From the NCBI GenBank assembly GCA_919901565.1, contig CAKKPE010000035.1:6396-70395 (forward strand): a DNA stretch of 64,000 bases. The letters are read 5' to 3'. Origin of the DNA: a bacterium. GTDB lineage: Bacteria > CG2-30-53-67. Position numbers and translations under genes: made by a program. Below the pieces are notes generated by a model that was not told where the DNA came from, searched no databases, and saw only the letters and a list, made by a program, of their open reading frames with translations. Positions 20,446-29,405 of the stretch are shown one piece after another (position 1 is the stretch's first letter; each line of letters opens with the position of its first letter).

Positions 20446-21117
20446 ATGCCTGCAAAGATCCTGGTCGCAGATGACTCGAAAGACAATGTCGAAGTTCTGA
20501 AGACCGTGCTCGAGTACAATCATTATCAAATCCTCTCGGCATCCAACGGCGATGATGCCATCAGGAGCGCCAGGGAACTCCAGCCGGACCTGATCCTGAT
20601 GGATGTGATCATGCCCGGCATGGACGGCATCACCGCCTGCCGCACCCTGCACAATGACGAGAAGACCCGGGGGATCCCGGTCATCATGATCACAGCCAAA
20701 AATGATCCTGAAGACCTGAAAATCGGCCTTGAGGCCGGGGCCGTGGATTACGTGAGAAAACCTTTCATAATTGTTGAGCTGCTTGCCCGGGTCAACGCCG
20801 CGCTTCGCCTCAAACAGGCCCAGGACAAGCTGGTGGAACAGGAGAAAAAACTCGCCATCATGGAACTCGCCGGGGCAGCAGCCCACGAGCTGAATCAGCC
20901 CCTGACCGTCATCAACTGCCAGATCAAACTCATGGAAGAATCCATAGCCTCATTAAAGGACAAGCCGACCCGCGAAATCGAAATCATTCATGAATCCGTA
21001 AGAAGGATGACCGAAATCATCCGGAAGATCGGAAACATCACCAGGTACAGGACCAAAGACTATCTGCTGGGTGACAAAATCATCGATCTGGAGCAGGCCA
21101 GCGAGGATGAGGAATAA
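20446..21117 (+). CDS. response regulator receiver protein with C-terminal HisKA-like (DHp) segment, no kinase ATPase domain
   Basis: REC domain (DD...D...K: ADDSKDNVE...LILMDVIMPGMDG...MITAK). The C-terminal ~90 aa carries an H-box-like AAHELNQPLTVI motif within a coiled coil. Confidence 0.75.
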   Translation: MPAKILVADDSKDNVEVLKTVLEYNHYQILSASNGDDAIRSARELQPDLILMDVIMPGMDGITACRTLHNDEKTRGIPVIMITAKNDPEDLKIGLEAGAVDYVRKPFIIVELLARVNAALRLKQAQDKLVEQEKKLAIMELAGAAAHELNQPLTVINCQIKLMEESIASLKDKPTREIEIIHESVRRMTEIIRKIGNITRYRTKDYLLGDKIIDLEQASEDEE

Positions 21118-21197
21118 CCCCCTTTTTTCTTGACATAAAATTTTCAAACGTTTACTTTATTAATTGAATCAAAGTTGTCTTTTTTTGATAGGTTGAC

Positions 21198-21626
21198 ATG
21201 GAACTGACGCGTGCAGCAGATTACGCCCTGAGAGGGGTTTTATATCTTTCGATCCAGCCCGGGAACAACATCTGCATCATCAGTGAGATTGCAGAACGGA
21301 TGGATATCCCTGAAGGGTTTCTGGCCAGGATCTTCCAGATCCTGGCAAAAAACGGGGTTATCCGGTCCCACCGCGGCAAAAAAGGCGGGTTCTCCCTGGC
21401 CAAACCCCCTGAACAGATCAACATGAAGGACGTCATCGAAGCCGTGGAAGGACCCATTCTCCTGAACCGGTGCCTGTCCGACTTCGGCGATTGCGGAAGA
21501 GAGGAACTCTGCTCACTTCACGAGGTTTGGGTTGAAGTGCAAAGAACCTCGATAAAAATCCTGGAAGAGACAAATTTCACCCAGTTGGCAAAAAGAACCG
21601 CTGAAAAGCTCGCCGGCAAGACATAG
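21198..21626 (+). CDS. Rrf2 family transcriptional regulator (IscR-like, Cys-containing)
   Basis: 142 aa. N-terminal wHTH (ADYALRGVLYLS...ISEIAERMDIPEGFLARIFQILAKNGVIRSHRGKKGG) and three Cys (C-x6-C-x5-C) in the usual Rrf2 cluster-ligand position. Confidence 0.8.
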   Translation: MELTRAADYALRGVLYLSIQPGNNICIISEIAERMDIPEGFLARIFQILAKNGVIRSHRGKKGGFSLAKPPEQINMKDVIEAVEGPILLNRCLSDFGDCGREELCSLHEVWVEVQRTSIKILEETNFTQLAKRTAEKLAGKT

Positions 21627-21690
21627 ATGACCCGTCTTCTGAAGCCCGTTCCTCTCTTTGCCTCCAAGAGAACAAACAGTATGGGGTTGT

Positions 21691-22641
21691 ATGATGCAGA
21701 TCATCCGGGATCTTAACCAACTCAACAAACCGTTTCCATACCCGGTGGTCACTCTGGGAAACTATGACGGCGTCCATCTCGGGCACCGGCAAATCTTCGG
21801 TCAGGTCATTGAAAGCGCCCGCGGTCACAACGGGACCGCCATCATCTTCACCTTCGAGCCCCATCCGCTACAGGTCCTCTCCCCATCCACATGCCCCCCT
21901 CTTCTGAATACCTTCCGCCGAAAAATGGAACTCTTTGAGTCTTACGGCATTGATCTGGTCATATGCGCCGAGTTCACCCGTGAGTTCGCGTCCACCTCCC
22001 CGGAGGATTTCGTAAAGAAGATCCTTGTAGGGAAAATCGGCGCCAAAGAACTCTTTGTGGGCTACGACTACGCATTCGGAAGAGGCAAGCAGGGAACCAC
22101 AGAGGCCCTCATTCAGATGAGCGGGCAGTACCACTTCAAGGTCTCGGTCGTCCAGGCCTACACACTGGATGATGAGGTCGTGAGTACCACCCGCATACGC
22201 GAACTGGTCCAGCAAGGGCGCATGGAAGAGGTGGAAAGGATGCTTGGCCGCTCCTATGCCACCGAAGGGACCGTGGTACCGGGCGATCACCGGGGCAAGT
22301 CTCTGGGATTCCCCACGGCCAATATCAATCCGCACAACCAGATCTACCCTAAACCTGGGGTCTATGCCGTCCAGGTGGAACACCGCGGGCGCCGCTGGAA
22401 CGGCGTGGCGAATATCGGGACCCACCCGACCTTTGGGAAAGGCAAGGTCACCATTGAAGTCCATGTATTTGACTTTCATGAAGAAATCTACGGCCAGTTC
22501 GTCAGAATCCTGTATGCAAAGAGGATCCGGAATGAAATCACCTTCAAGGACAAGGAAGCCCTGGTCCGTCAGATCCGGGAAGATATAAAAGTCGCCATGG
22601 AAATCCTGAAAATGAAAAAACCACAAGAAGCGCATCCATGA
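21691..22641 (+). CDS. ribF: bifunctional riboflavin kinase / FMN adenylyltransferase
   Basis: FAD synthetase N-terminus (VVTLGNYDGVHLGHRQI) and riboflavin kinase C-terminal half (GRSYATEGTVVPGDHRGKSLGFPTANI). Confidence 0.85.
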   Translation: MMQIIRDLNQLNKPFPYPVVTLGNYDGVHLGHRQIFGQVIESARGHNGTAIIFTFEPHPLQVLSPSTCPPLLNTFRRKMELFESYGIDLVICAEFTREFASTSPEDFVKKILVGKIGAKELFVGYDYAFGRGKQGTTEALIQMSGQYHFKVSVVQAYTLDDEVVSTTRIRELVQQGRMEEVERMLGRSYATEGTVVPGDHRGKSLGFPTANINPHNQIYPKPGVYAVQVEHRGRRWNGVANIGTHPTFGKGKVTIEVHVFDFHEEIYGQFVRILYAKRIRNEITFKDKEALVRQIREDIKVAMEILKMKKPQEAHP

Positions 22642-23675
22642 AAACATCCCATAAACAGATCTGGTTCGGGGCCGTCCTGAGCCTGGCCCTGGTCATCCTC
22701 CTCCTGAAGAGTACCGATTTCCACGCGCTTTCCGAGGCGTTCCGGCATGCCAACTATTATTACTGCATCCCCATGATCGCGATATCCCTGATCGGCATAC
22801 TCATCAGGGCCTACCGGTGGAAATTCATCATGGCCCCACTCCACAGGGCATCCATGTCCAACCTCTTCTCCGCGACCATGGTGGGTTTCATGGCCATCGA
22901 CCTGCTCCCCGCCCGGATCGGAGAGGTCATCCGTGCCCACCTGATCGGGGAAAAGGAAGGGATCCCCAAGAGCGCGGCCTTCGGCACGATCGTGGTGGAG
23001 AGGCTCTTCGACATATTCACCGTCCTGCTGATCCTGGCGTGGATCCTCGTCATCGTCTCCCTTCCCGGGAGCCGGATCCAGGGGGTCTATGCCAAGGCCC
23101 TCCGTGGAGCGGCCCTGGTCTTCTTCCCCTTCTTCGTGGTCTTAATCTGCTTCCTCATCCTGATCATGAGGAAGACCGGGCTGGCCATCTCCTGGGCCCG
23201 TACATGCCTTAGGCCGTTACCGGAATCATGGAGGAACAAGATCCTCTCGATGCTAAACTCCTTTGCCTCCGGACTCGGCGCCATCCGCATGGGCATGCAC
23301 CTTGTCCCCATTATTTTCTATTCTCTTATCATGTGGGGGTTGTTCGGCCTGGGAAACGGGCTCATGCTCAAGGCCTTCCAGATCGATCTCCCGGTCTACG
23401 CCTTTTTCTACCTCCTTGTAGTCCAGGCGGTAGCGGTGGCCGTCCCGGCCTCGCCAGGATTTGTAGGGACTTACCACGCGGCCGTGGTCGCTGGGCTGGC
23501 CGCTTTTCAGATTCCCAAGGAGGTTGCCCTCAGCTTTGCGATCCTCTCCCACTTCCTCATATTTATCCCTGTGATCCTGTACGGGTTGGTCCTTCTATGG
23601 AAGGATCACCTCTCCCTGAGCACCCTGAAGACCAAGGCGGACGACGGCCAAAACGGTATTCCCAAAACAAAATGA
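22638..23675 (+). CDS. lysylphosphatidylglycerol synthase-like transmembrane (flippase-like, UPF0104) protein
   Basis: 345 aa, ~8 TM helices. The start (N-terminal TM then RAYRWKFIM) resembles MprF-TM/UPF0104 family proteins. Confidence 0.65.
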   Translation: MKTSHKQIWFGAVLSLALVILLLKSTDFHALSEAFRHANYYYCIPMIAISLIGILIRAYRWKFIMAPLHRASMSNLFSATMVGFMAIDLLPARIGEVIRAHLIGEKEGIPKSAAFGTIVVERLFDIFTVLLILAWILVIVSLPGSRIQGVYAKALRGAALVFFPFFVVLICFLILIMRKTGLAISWARTCLRPLPESWRNKILSMLNSFASGLGAIRMGMHLVPIIFYSLIMWGLFGLGNGLMLKAFQIDLPVYAFFYLLVVQAVAVAVPASPGFVGTYHAAVVAGLAAFQIPKEVALSFAILSHFLIFIPVILYGLVLLWKDHLSLSTLKTKADDGQNGIPKTK

Positions 23676-23682
23676 GGGGGAT

Positions 23683-23934
23683 ATGGGACGCCTGCTGTTT
23701 CTTTTACTCTGCGGAATCATTTTTTACTTTTTTTGGAAGATCTTCTTCATTTTTGTCGGAATGGGCCGGCACCAGGACAGTCCAGGCCAGGTCATCGATA
23801 CCATGGTCCTCGACCCGAACTGCAACACCTACATCCCAAGGAGCAGCGCCATCCGTAAAAGGGTCAAAGGCCAGGAGCATTATTTCTGCAGCAAGACCTG
23901 CATGAAGGAATACCGGAGGAAAATAAAATCCTGA
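23683..23934 (+). CDS. small membrane-anchored protein with C-terminal TRASH/YHS-like Cys motif (hypothetical)
   Basis: 83 aa. N-terminal TM, C-terminal HYFCSKTCMKEY. Tightly spaced after the flippase-like gene. Weak support. Confidence 0.35.
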   Translation: MGRLLFLLLCGIIFYFFWKIFFIFVGMGRHQDSPGQVIDTMVLDPNCNTYIPRSSAIRKRVKGQEHYFCSKTCMKEYRRKIKS

Positions 23935-23940
23935 TGAGTT

Positions 23941-24648
23941 TCACCAAACTGGAACCTGATTTTCCATGATGGCCTGCCTGAGTCGTTCAGTGAAACCATT
24001 ACGGCTGTCTTCATGCGTCCCCTGTACCCGCATGGGCCTGCCGATGACCAGATGGATGGTCCCGGGATTGACCCGAAAGTTTCTCTTGGACATGATTTCA
24101 AAACTCCCGGATATACTGATCGGAACGACCGGCGCCCTCGAGGCCTCTGCCAGATGGAAACACCCCTTCTTGAAAGGAAGAAGCCTGCCGTCGATGGAAC
24201 GGGTCCCTTCGGGAAAGATGATGATCGACTGCCCTTCCCGTATCTTCCTGGCTGCAGCCTGCAGGCCTTCCCGGGCATTTTCTTTATTCGACCGGTCGAT
24301 CCGGATATTTCCGAAACGCTTCATGGCATACCCGAAGATAGGGATCCGGAAGAGCTCTTTCTTGGTAATCCACCCGAACCGGATGGGGACATAGGCGAAA
24401 AGGGCAAAGATATCAAAGAACCCCTGGTGATTGGATGCAAGGATCAAGGGAGATCCCAAAGTGAGGTTTTCCAAACCCTGCACATCTACTTTTATCCCGG
24501 CTGCGGCCAGGATGCCCCGCGCCCAGATTCTTGCAAAGAGATGGATCATCCTCCCGGTCGGGTCCACAAAAGAGAAAAGGATCACAAGGACCCCGCAGAC
24601 CACCGTAAGGAATACCCCTGCCGACCAGACCCACAATGAACGAATCAT
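23941..24648 (-). CDS. plsC: 1-acyl-sn-glycerol-3-phosphate acyltransferase (lysophospholipid acyltransferase)
   Basis: HxxxxD motif (NHQGFFD) and FPEGTRS motif. Confidence 0.8.
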   Translation of the reverse strand: MIRSLWVWSAGVFLTVVCGVLVILFSFVDPTGRMIHLFARIWARGILAAAGIKVDVQGLENLTLGSPLILASNHQGFFDIFALFAYVPIRFGWITKKELFRIPIFGYAMKRFGNIRIDRSNKENAREGLQAAARKIREGQSIIIFPEGTRSIDGRLLPFKKGCFHLAEASRAPVVPISISGSFEIMSKRNFRVNPGTIHLVIGRPMRVQGTHEDSRNGFTERLRQAIMENQVPVW

Positions 24649-24784
24649 TTCTTTTCTCTCCCATATTCCCTATTATAGGATTATAAAAAAGTTTACGGAC
24701 GATTACAAGGGTGAAAACGACAGGAACGGGAGATTGACTTTGTATTGGACCTTACGTTAAAGTGATAGATACAAGGATAAAACC

Positions 24785-26470
24785 ATGCAGACGCACAAAA
24801 AACAGAGGCCCAAAAAAGAAAAAACCCTGCACGTCATCCGCGACTCCATCCAGAAGAAGAGAAAGGAATGGAAGGGGATAGACCGGGGGAACGGCTTCAT
24901 CATCATCCAGATCGATGGTCTCCCCCACCAGATCCTGATCAAGGCCCTTTCAGAAGGATACATGCCATTCATGAAGAACACCCTGGCCTCCGGACGGTTC
25001 AGGCTCAGCCGGTATCACTGCGGCATCCCCGGGAGCACCCCTTCTGCCCAAAGCGGCATCATGTACGGAGATAACGAGGAGATCCCGGGATTCCGGTGGC
25101 TGAACAAGGAAAACGATATCCTGGTCAGTTTCAAGAACCCCATGTCGGCCTCCATGATCGAATCCGGGATCGCATCAAAAAGAAGAGGCATCCTGAAGAA
25201 CGGGAGCAGTTATGTGAACCTCCTCTCCGGCGGCGCCGCCCGTTCGGTCTTCACCCTGAGCACGTTTCTGACCCAGGACATGCAAAAGAGGTTATCGGGA
25301 CTCGCCATCTTCAGTCTCTTTTTCCTGAACATTGCCCCGGTGCTCCGCATGATCGTCTCCACCATAGTCGAGCTGGTCCACGAATTACTGGAATATCTTG
25401 AAGTCAGCCTGAAAGGGGAAATTCAAAAGAGCGAGGGGTTCTTCCCCGTTGTGCGGATATTCTCAAACGTTCTTTTTTATGAGGTGGCAACCGTGGGAAC
25501 GGTCATCGACATCAGCCAGGGCCGGCCCTCCATATACCTCACCTACAACGGATATGACGAGGCCGCTCACCAGCGCGGGCCCGAGACCAAGTACGCCCTC
25601 AAATCCCTCAAGGTCATAGACCGCGGGATCAAAAGGGTCGTCAGGCAGGCCATCAAAAAAAAGAAGGGGATGCGCTACGACATCTATATCCTATCGGATC
25701 ACGGCCAACACCCATCCATTCCTTTCAGCTATCAGTACGGTGAAAGCCTGGAGAGCTTCATCCGTTCCAAGGTCAAGGAGGGGCGTATCATCAAGTACGA
25801 TGCCGGAGGCGGGCAAGTGAAAGACTACCTCATGACGGCGTTCTCATCCACACTGCGGGGCTTCTCGGACCAGAACCTCTTTTTCATGCGCAGGGTCTTC
25901 AAGCAGATTGCAAGCTACATCGACAAGCATATCGGGCTGGAAGAGAAGCAGAAGAAGACCCTGGAGAACATCTCGATCGTGAATTCAAGCACCATGTCCA
26001 ATCTCTATTTCAACGTCTCCAAGAACAGGCTGGACATCGAAGAGATCGAACGGATCTATCCCGGACTGGTCGGCGCCCTGGTCCGGCATGACGGCGTCGG
26101 ACTGGTGGCAGGAAGGTCCAACGGAGACGTGGTGCTCCTTTCGCGCAAAGGGAGGGTCTTTTTCAGGAATGGCGCTAAAGAGGTCGATGGACAAGACCCT
26201 CTTGAAGACTTTCATGATTCGGACGCCATCGAGAAGGAGGTCTACCACCAGTTCGGCATGACTCATGCCGGGGACCTGGTCCTCTACGGGGCCATGAAGG
26301 ATGACCATGTCATCAATTTTGAGGAGCAGATGGGCGGCCACGGCGGTATCGGCGGGATGCAGAACACCCCCTTTATCCTCTACCCGGAAAAGATCCATTT
26401 TTCATTCAGCGAGGTGAAAAACTCCAGGGAACTCTACCCGGTCTTCTCAGGCTACCAGGGCCCGGAGTAG
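24785..26470 (+). CDS. alkaline phosphatase superfamily protein (nucleotide pyrophosphatase/phosphodiesterase-like)
   Basis: 561 aa. N-terminal metal-site region (IIQIDGLPHQ...GIPGSTPSAQSG) and C-terminal His-rich region (ILSDHGQH, GGHGG). Confidence 0.7.
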   Translation: MQTHKKQRPKKEKTLHVIRDSIQKKRKEWKGIDRGNGFIIIQIDGLPHQILIKALSEGYMPFMKNTLASGRFRLSRYHCGIPGSTPSAQSGIMYGDNEEIPGFRWLNKENDILVSFKNPMSASMIESGIASKRRGILKNGSSYVNLLSGGAARSVFTLSTFLTQDMQKRLSGLAIFSLFFLNIAPVLRMIVSTIVELVHELLEYLEVSLKGEIQKSEGFFPVVRIFSNVLFYEVATVGTVIDISQGRPSIYLTYNGYDEAAHQRGPETKYALKSLKVIDRGIKRVVRQAIKKKKGMRYDIYILSDHGQHPSIPFSYQYGESLESFIRSKVKEGRIIKYDAGGGQVKDYLMTAFSSTLRGFSDQNLFFMRRVFKQIASYIDKHIGLEEKQKKTLENISIVNSSTMSNLYFNVSKNRLDIEEIERIYPGLVGALVRHDGVGLVAGRSNGDVVLLSRKGRVFFRNGAKEVDGQDPLEDFHDSDAIEKEVYHQFGMTHAGDLVLYGAMKDDHVINFEEQMGGHGGIGGMQNTPFILYPEKIHFSFSEVKNSRELYPVFSGYQGPE

Positions 26471-26518
26471 GTAAACTGATCTATTGCCATTCCTCTTAGG
26501 ATGTGATATTTTTTAATT

Positions 26519-27646
26519 ATGATCACACAGGAAATCAAGCTGGAGGGGAACCTTTCCGAGATATCGGTCCCGCAGGTCTTCCATGCCCTCTCTATCTCCA
26601 ATGCCACAGGTATCTTCACCTGGAAGCACAGCACACAGGAAAGAATGGTTTACATCGCCCAGGGGAAGATCGTCTTCGCCATTTCAAACGACAAAGAAGA
26701 GCGGCTCGGAGAGGCCCTGCTGCGTTCAGGGAAGATCCGGGTCAAGGACTTCATCGAAGGCTCCAGACAGATCAGTGAGAAGAAAAGGCTGGGGCAGATC
26801 CTCATCGAGATAGGGGCCCTGAGCAAGGAGGAGATCAAGAACGGCGTCACCGATCAGGTCCGGGAGATCATCTTCAACCTGTTCAAGGAATCACAAGGGA
26901 GCTACACCTTCAATGAGAAAAAGGAACTCCCCAGGGAGATCATCACCCTCAACATCAATACCGGGGAGCTGATCCTGAGGGGAGTCCAGAAGATCATGGA
27001 ATGGAACCGGATCTTCCAGACCATCTCCGGGATCGATACCGTGTTTGAGCCCGCCTCCGGCGCCCAGAAGAAACTCCAGGAGGTCTCTCTCACCCCGGAG
27101 GAGAAGAAAATATTCGAACAGGTCAACGGGAAAAATCCGGTTGAAAAGATCTGCAGCCTCGTCGGCGGAAATGATTTTGAAACATGCCGGACCCTCATGG
27201 CCTTCCTGTGCGCCAACCTGATCCGCAGGATCACGGATTCCGAGATCAGCATAGCCGAAGAAAAGAAGGCCGCTGACTTCTTCGATAAAACCACCCGATG
27301 CTACAACCGGCTCTACTCATATATCTACCGGTATCTCGTGGAGAAAGTCGGCCGCATGGGCGACAAGAACCTCTGTTACTACCTCGAGGAGGTCAAAGAG
27401 GATCATCCGGTGATCATGAAAGGGATTTTTCTCCTGCCCGACGGCACCCTTGCGGCCGAGGTTCTCAAGGAGAACTTTGAAAGGGTCTCAGCGGACAGGA
27501 AGAAAGAGGCGCTCCTGGCCGGGCTCAAGGCCCTGCTTTCCTCTGAACTGGCCGCTATACAGGAATCCCTGGGCGAAACCGAAAAGGCCTTTGTATCAAG
27601 CCGCCTGGCAGGGATCATCGAAGGGATGAAGAAGGAAAAACCCTGA
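26519..27646 (+). CDS. DUF4388 domain-containing protein
   Basis: N-terminal DUF4388/PATAN-like segment (PQVFHALSISNATGIFTWKHSTQERMVYIAQGKIVFA). Confidence 0.65.
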   Translation: MITQEIKLEGNLSEISVPQVFHALSISNATGIFTWKHSTQERMVYIAQGKIVFAISNDKEERLGEALLRSGKIRVKDFIEGSRQISEKKRLGQILIEIGALSKEEIKNGVTDQVREIIFNLFKESQGSYTFNEKKELPREIITLNINTGELILRGVQKIMEWNRIFQTISGIDTVFEPASGAQKKLQEVSLTPEEKKIFEQVNGKNPVEKICSLVGGNDFETCRTLMAFLCANLIRRITDSEISIAEEKKAADFFDKTTRCYNRLYSYIYRYLVEKVGRMGDKNLCYYLEEVKEDHPVIMKGIFLLPDGTLAAEVLKENFERVSADRKKEALLAGLKALLSSELAAIQESLGETEKAFVSSRLAGIIEGMKKEKP

Positions 27647-27734
27647 CAGACGGCCCTCACAAAAGGCCCTCATCAGGCGGTCCGGCTCTCCGCCGCCTTC
27701 CCCATGGAAACAGATGTTCATCCATGAGGTATAT

Positions 27735-27800
27735 TGGGTTCAAGAGTTCAAGGGTTCAAGGGTTCAAGGGTTCAAGGGTTCAAGGGTTCAAGGGTTCAAG
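27735..27800. repeat. perfect 9-bp tandem repeat (GGGTTCAAG)x7, locus D
   Basis: Seven near-identical head-to-tail copies lie directly downstream of the DUF4388 gene. Confidence 0.9.
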
Positions 27801-28011
27801 GATCGTGTCACGTCTAAAATGACGTATCCCATTTCCCCCCTCACCTCAATCCTCCCCAAGGGGAGAGGAAGTTCAAACATCCCTTCTCCCCACAGGGGAG
27901 AAGGTTAGGATGAGGGGGCGGCACCAAAAGACACAACAAGGTTGACACGACACCAGAGAGTGATGCCCCGAACTCACAGGAACTCCTCACCGGCATGGTA
28001 TGTTTTACAAA

Positions 28012-29058
28012 TCAGAACAGCGTCGGGTGATCCTCGTCTTTGTCTGACGGAGATGAAGGCGCTTCGAGCCCGCCGGGCTCCGCATCGTCTCTCCCGGCCC
28101 CCTGCCCGTCTTCCGTCGCAAAACCCTTGAAGACAAACTGCCCCAGACGCTTATGATACGCACTCCACCGTTCATCCCCCTGAGAACCCTCCATCATCCC
28201 GCGGAAGGCCTGCGTCTTGGCATCCAGGTCATCCATCATATTCAGGATCAGGGCCTCCAGGATCATGGGCTTCACAGGAGACCCGAACTCCTCTTTGCCG
28301 TGATGGGAGAGTAGCAGGTGCTTGAGAAGGATCGCCTTCTCGTCCGGGAATCCGGGTATGGCGCGGATGCATTCCGAGACCTGTTCCAGTTCCAATGCGA
28401 TATGGCCGATAAGGCGCCCCCGGTCCGTGTATCCCAAGTTCCTGGAATACTCAAGCTCATCCACCTTTCCGATATCGTGCAGGAGCACCCCGGCAAACAG
28501 CAGGTCCCGGTCCACCTCCGGGAAACGGGGCGCCACATCCTCACAGAGACGGAACACGGAGAGGGTATGCTCCAGAAGGCCGCCCAGATAGGCATGGTGC
28601 ATGGCCTTGGCCGCAGGGGCCGTGGAAAATTTCTCCTTGAACGCGGGGGCCTGGAAGATCATCAAAAGAAGTTTCGCGAGGTGCGGGTCCTTGACCTTGC
28701 GGATGCAGGCCGAGAGTTCGGCCGCCATTTCATCGGCCCCCCTTTTGGAGGAGGGGAGGAAATCCCTGGGATTGATGTCGGCCCCCTCCACCCGTTTGAC
28801 CGACTGGAGGGTCAGTTGAAGCTTCCCGTTGTATTCGTTCACCTGCCCCGCTGCCTTCACAAAATCACCCGTGGAGCATTCCTTAGAGGCCTTCTCCGCC
28901 CCCTCCCAGACCTTGGCCTCCATCTCTCCGGACCGGTCTCCCAGCTTCAGGGTCAAAAACGTTTTCCCCGCCCGGGTCGTCCCGATACTCTTGCTCCGGA
29001 CAAGATAGATCCCCTCCACAGCCTTCCCTTCCCGCATCTCGGAAATCAGGATTCCCAT
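28012..29058 (-). CDS. OB-fold + HD domain protein (YhaM-like 3'-5' exoribonuclease family)
   Basis: 348 aa. N-terminal OB-fold segment, central HD motif (HHAYLGGLLEHT...LLHDIGK) and a C-terminal acidic tail. Confidence 0.6.
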   Translation of the reverse strand: MGILISEMREGKAVEGIYLVRSKSIGTTRAGKTFLTLKLGDRSGEMEAKVWEGAEKASKECSTGDFVKAAGQVNEYNGKLQLTLQSVKRVEGADINPRDFLPSSKRGADEMAAELSACIRKVKDPHLAKLLLMIFQAPAFKEKFSTAPAAKAMHHAYLGGLLEHTLSVFRLCEDVAPRFPEVDRDLLFAGVLLHDIGKVDELEYSRNLGYTDRGRLIGHIALELEQVSECIRAIPGFPDEKAILLKHLLLSHHGKEEFGSPVKPMILEALILNMMDDLDAKTQAFRGMMEGSQGDERWSAYHKRLGQFVFKGFATEDGQGAGRDDAEPGGLEAPSSPSDKDEDHPTLF

Positions 29059-29405
29059 GAAATAGTCCCTCCTAAAAAACCATTCAAACCATTTTGTTTT
29101 TTCGTACTATACCTTTTTCATGCCGCAAGATCAACCCCGTTAGAAGCCCCCATATTTCCACCAGAATCCGCCAACAAAATCTGTGAACCACAGAGCACAC
29201 AGATGATTTTCTCTGCGTTCTCAAAACGATTGATAAAATAAGGCAAACTTAATCTTTCAGAAAAGAGTGCACAGAGATGAGGAACTTGTTTAATGTTTTA
29301 TCTCTATTATCCATCAGTTATTCTGTGCCCTCTGTGGTTTGATGGTGAATTTGGGTTCCACTTTTCCCCTTGACACCGTTTCCTCTTTGTTATTAGATTA
29401 CCTGC

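Noticed and set aside
21868-22647. 259-aa minus-strand ORF
   Set aside because: Antisense to ribF.
28318-29241. 307-aa plus-strand ORF
   Set aside because: Antisense to the OB-fold/HD (YhaM-like) gene.
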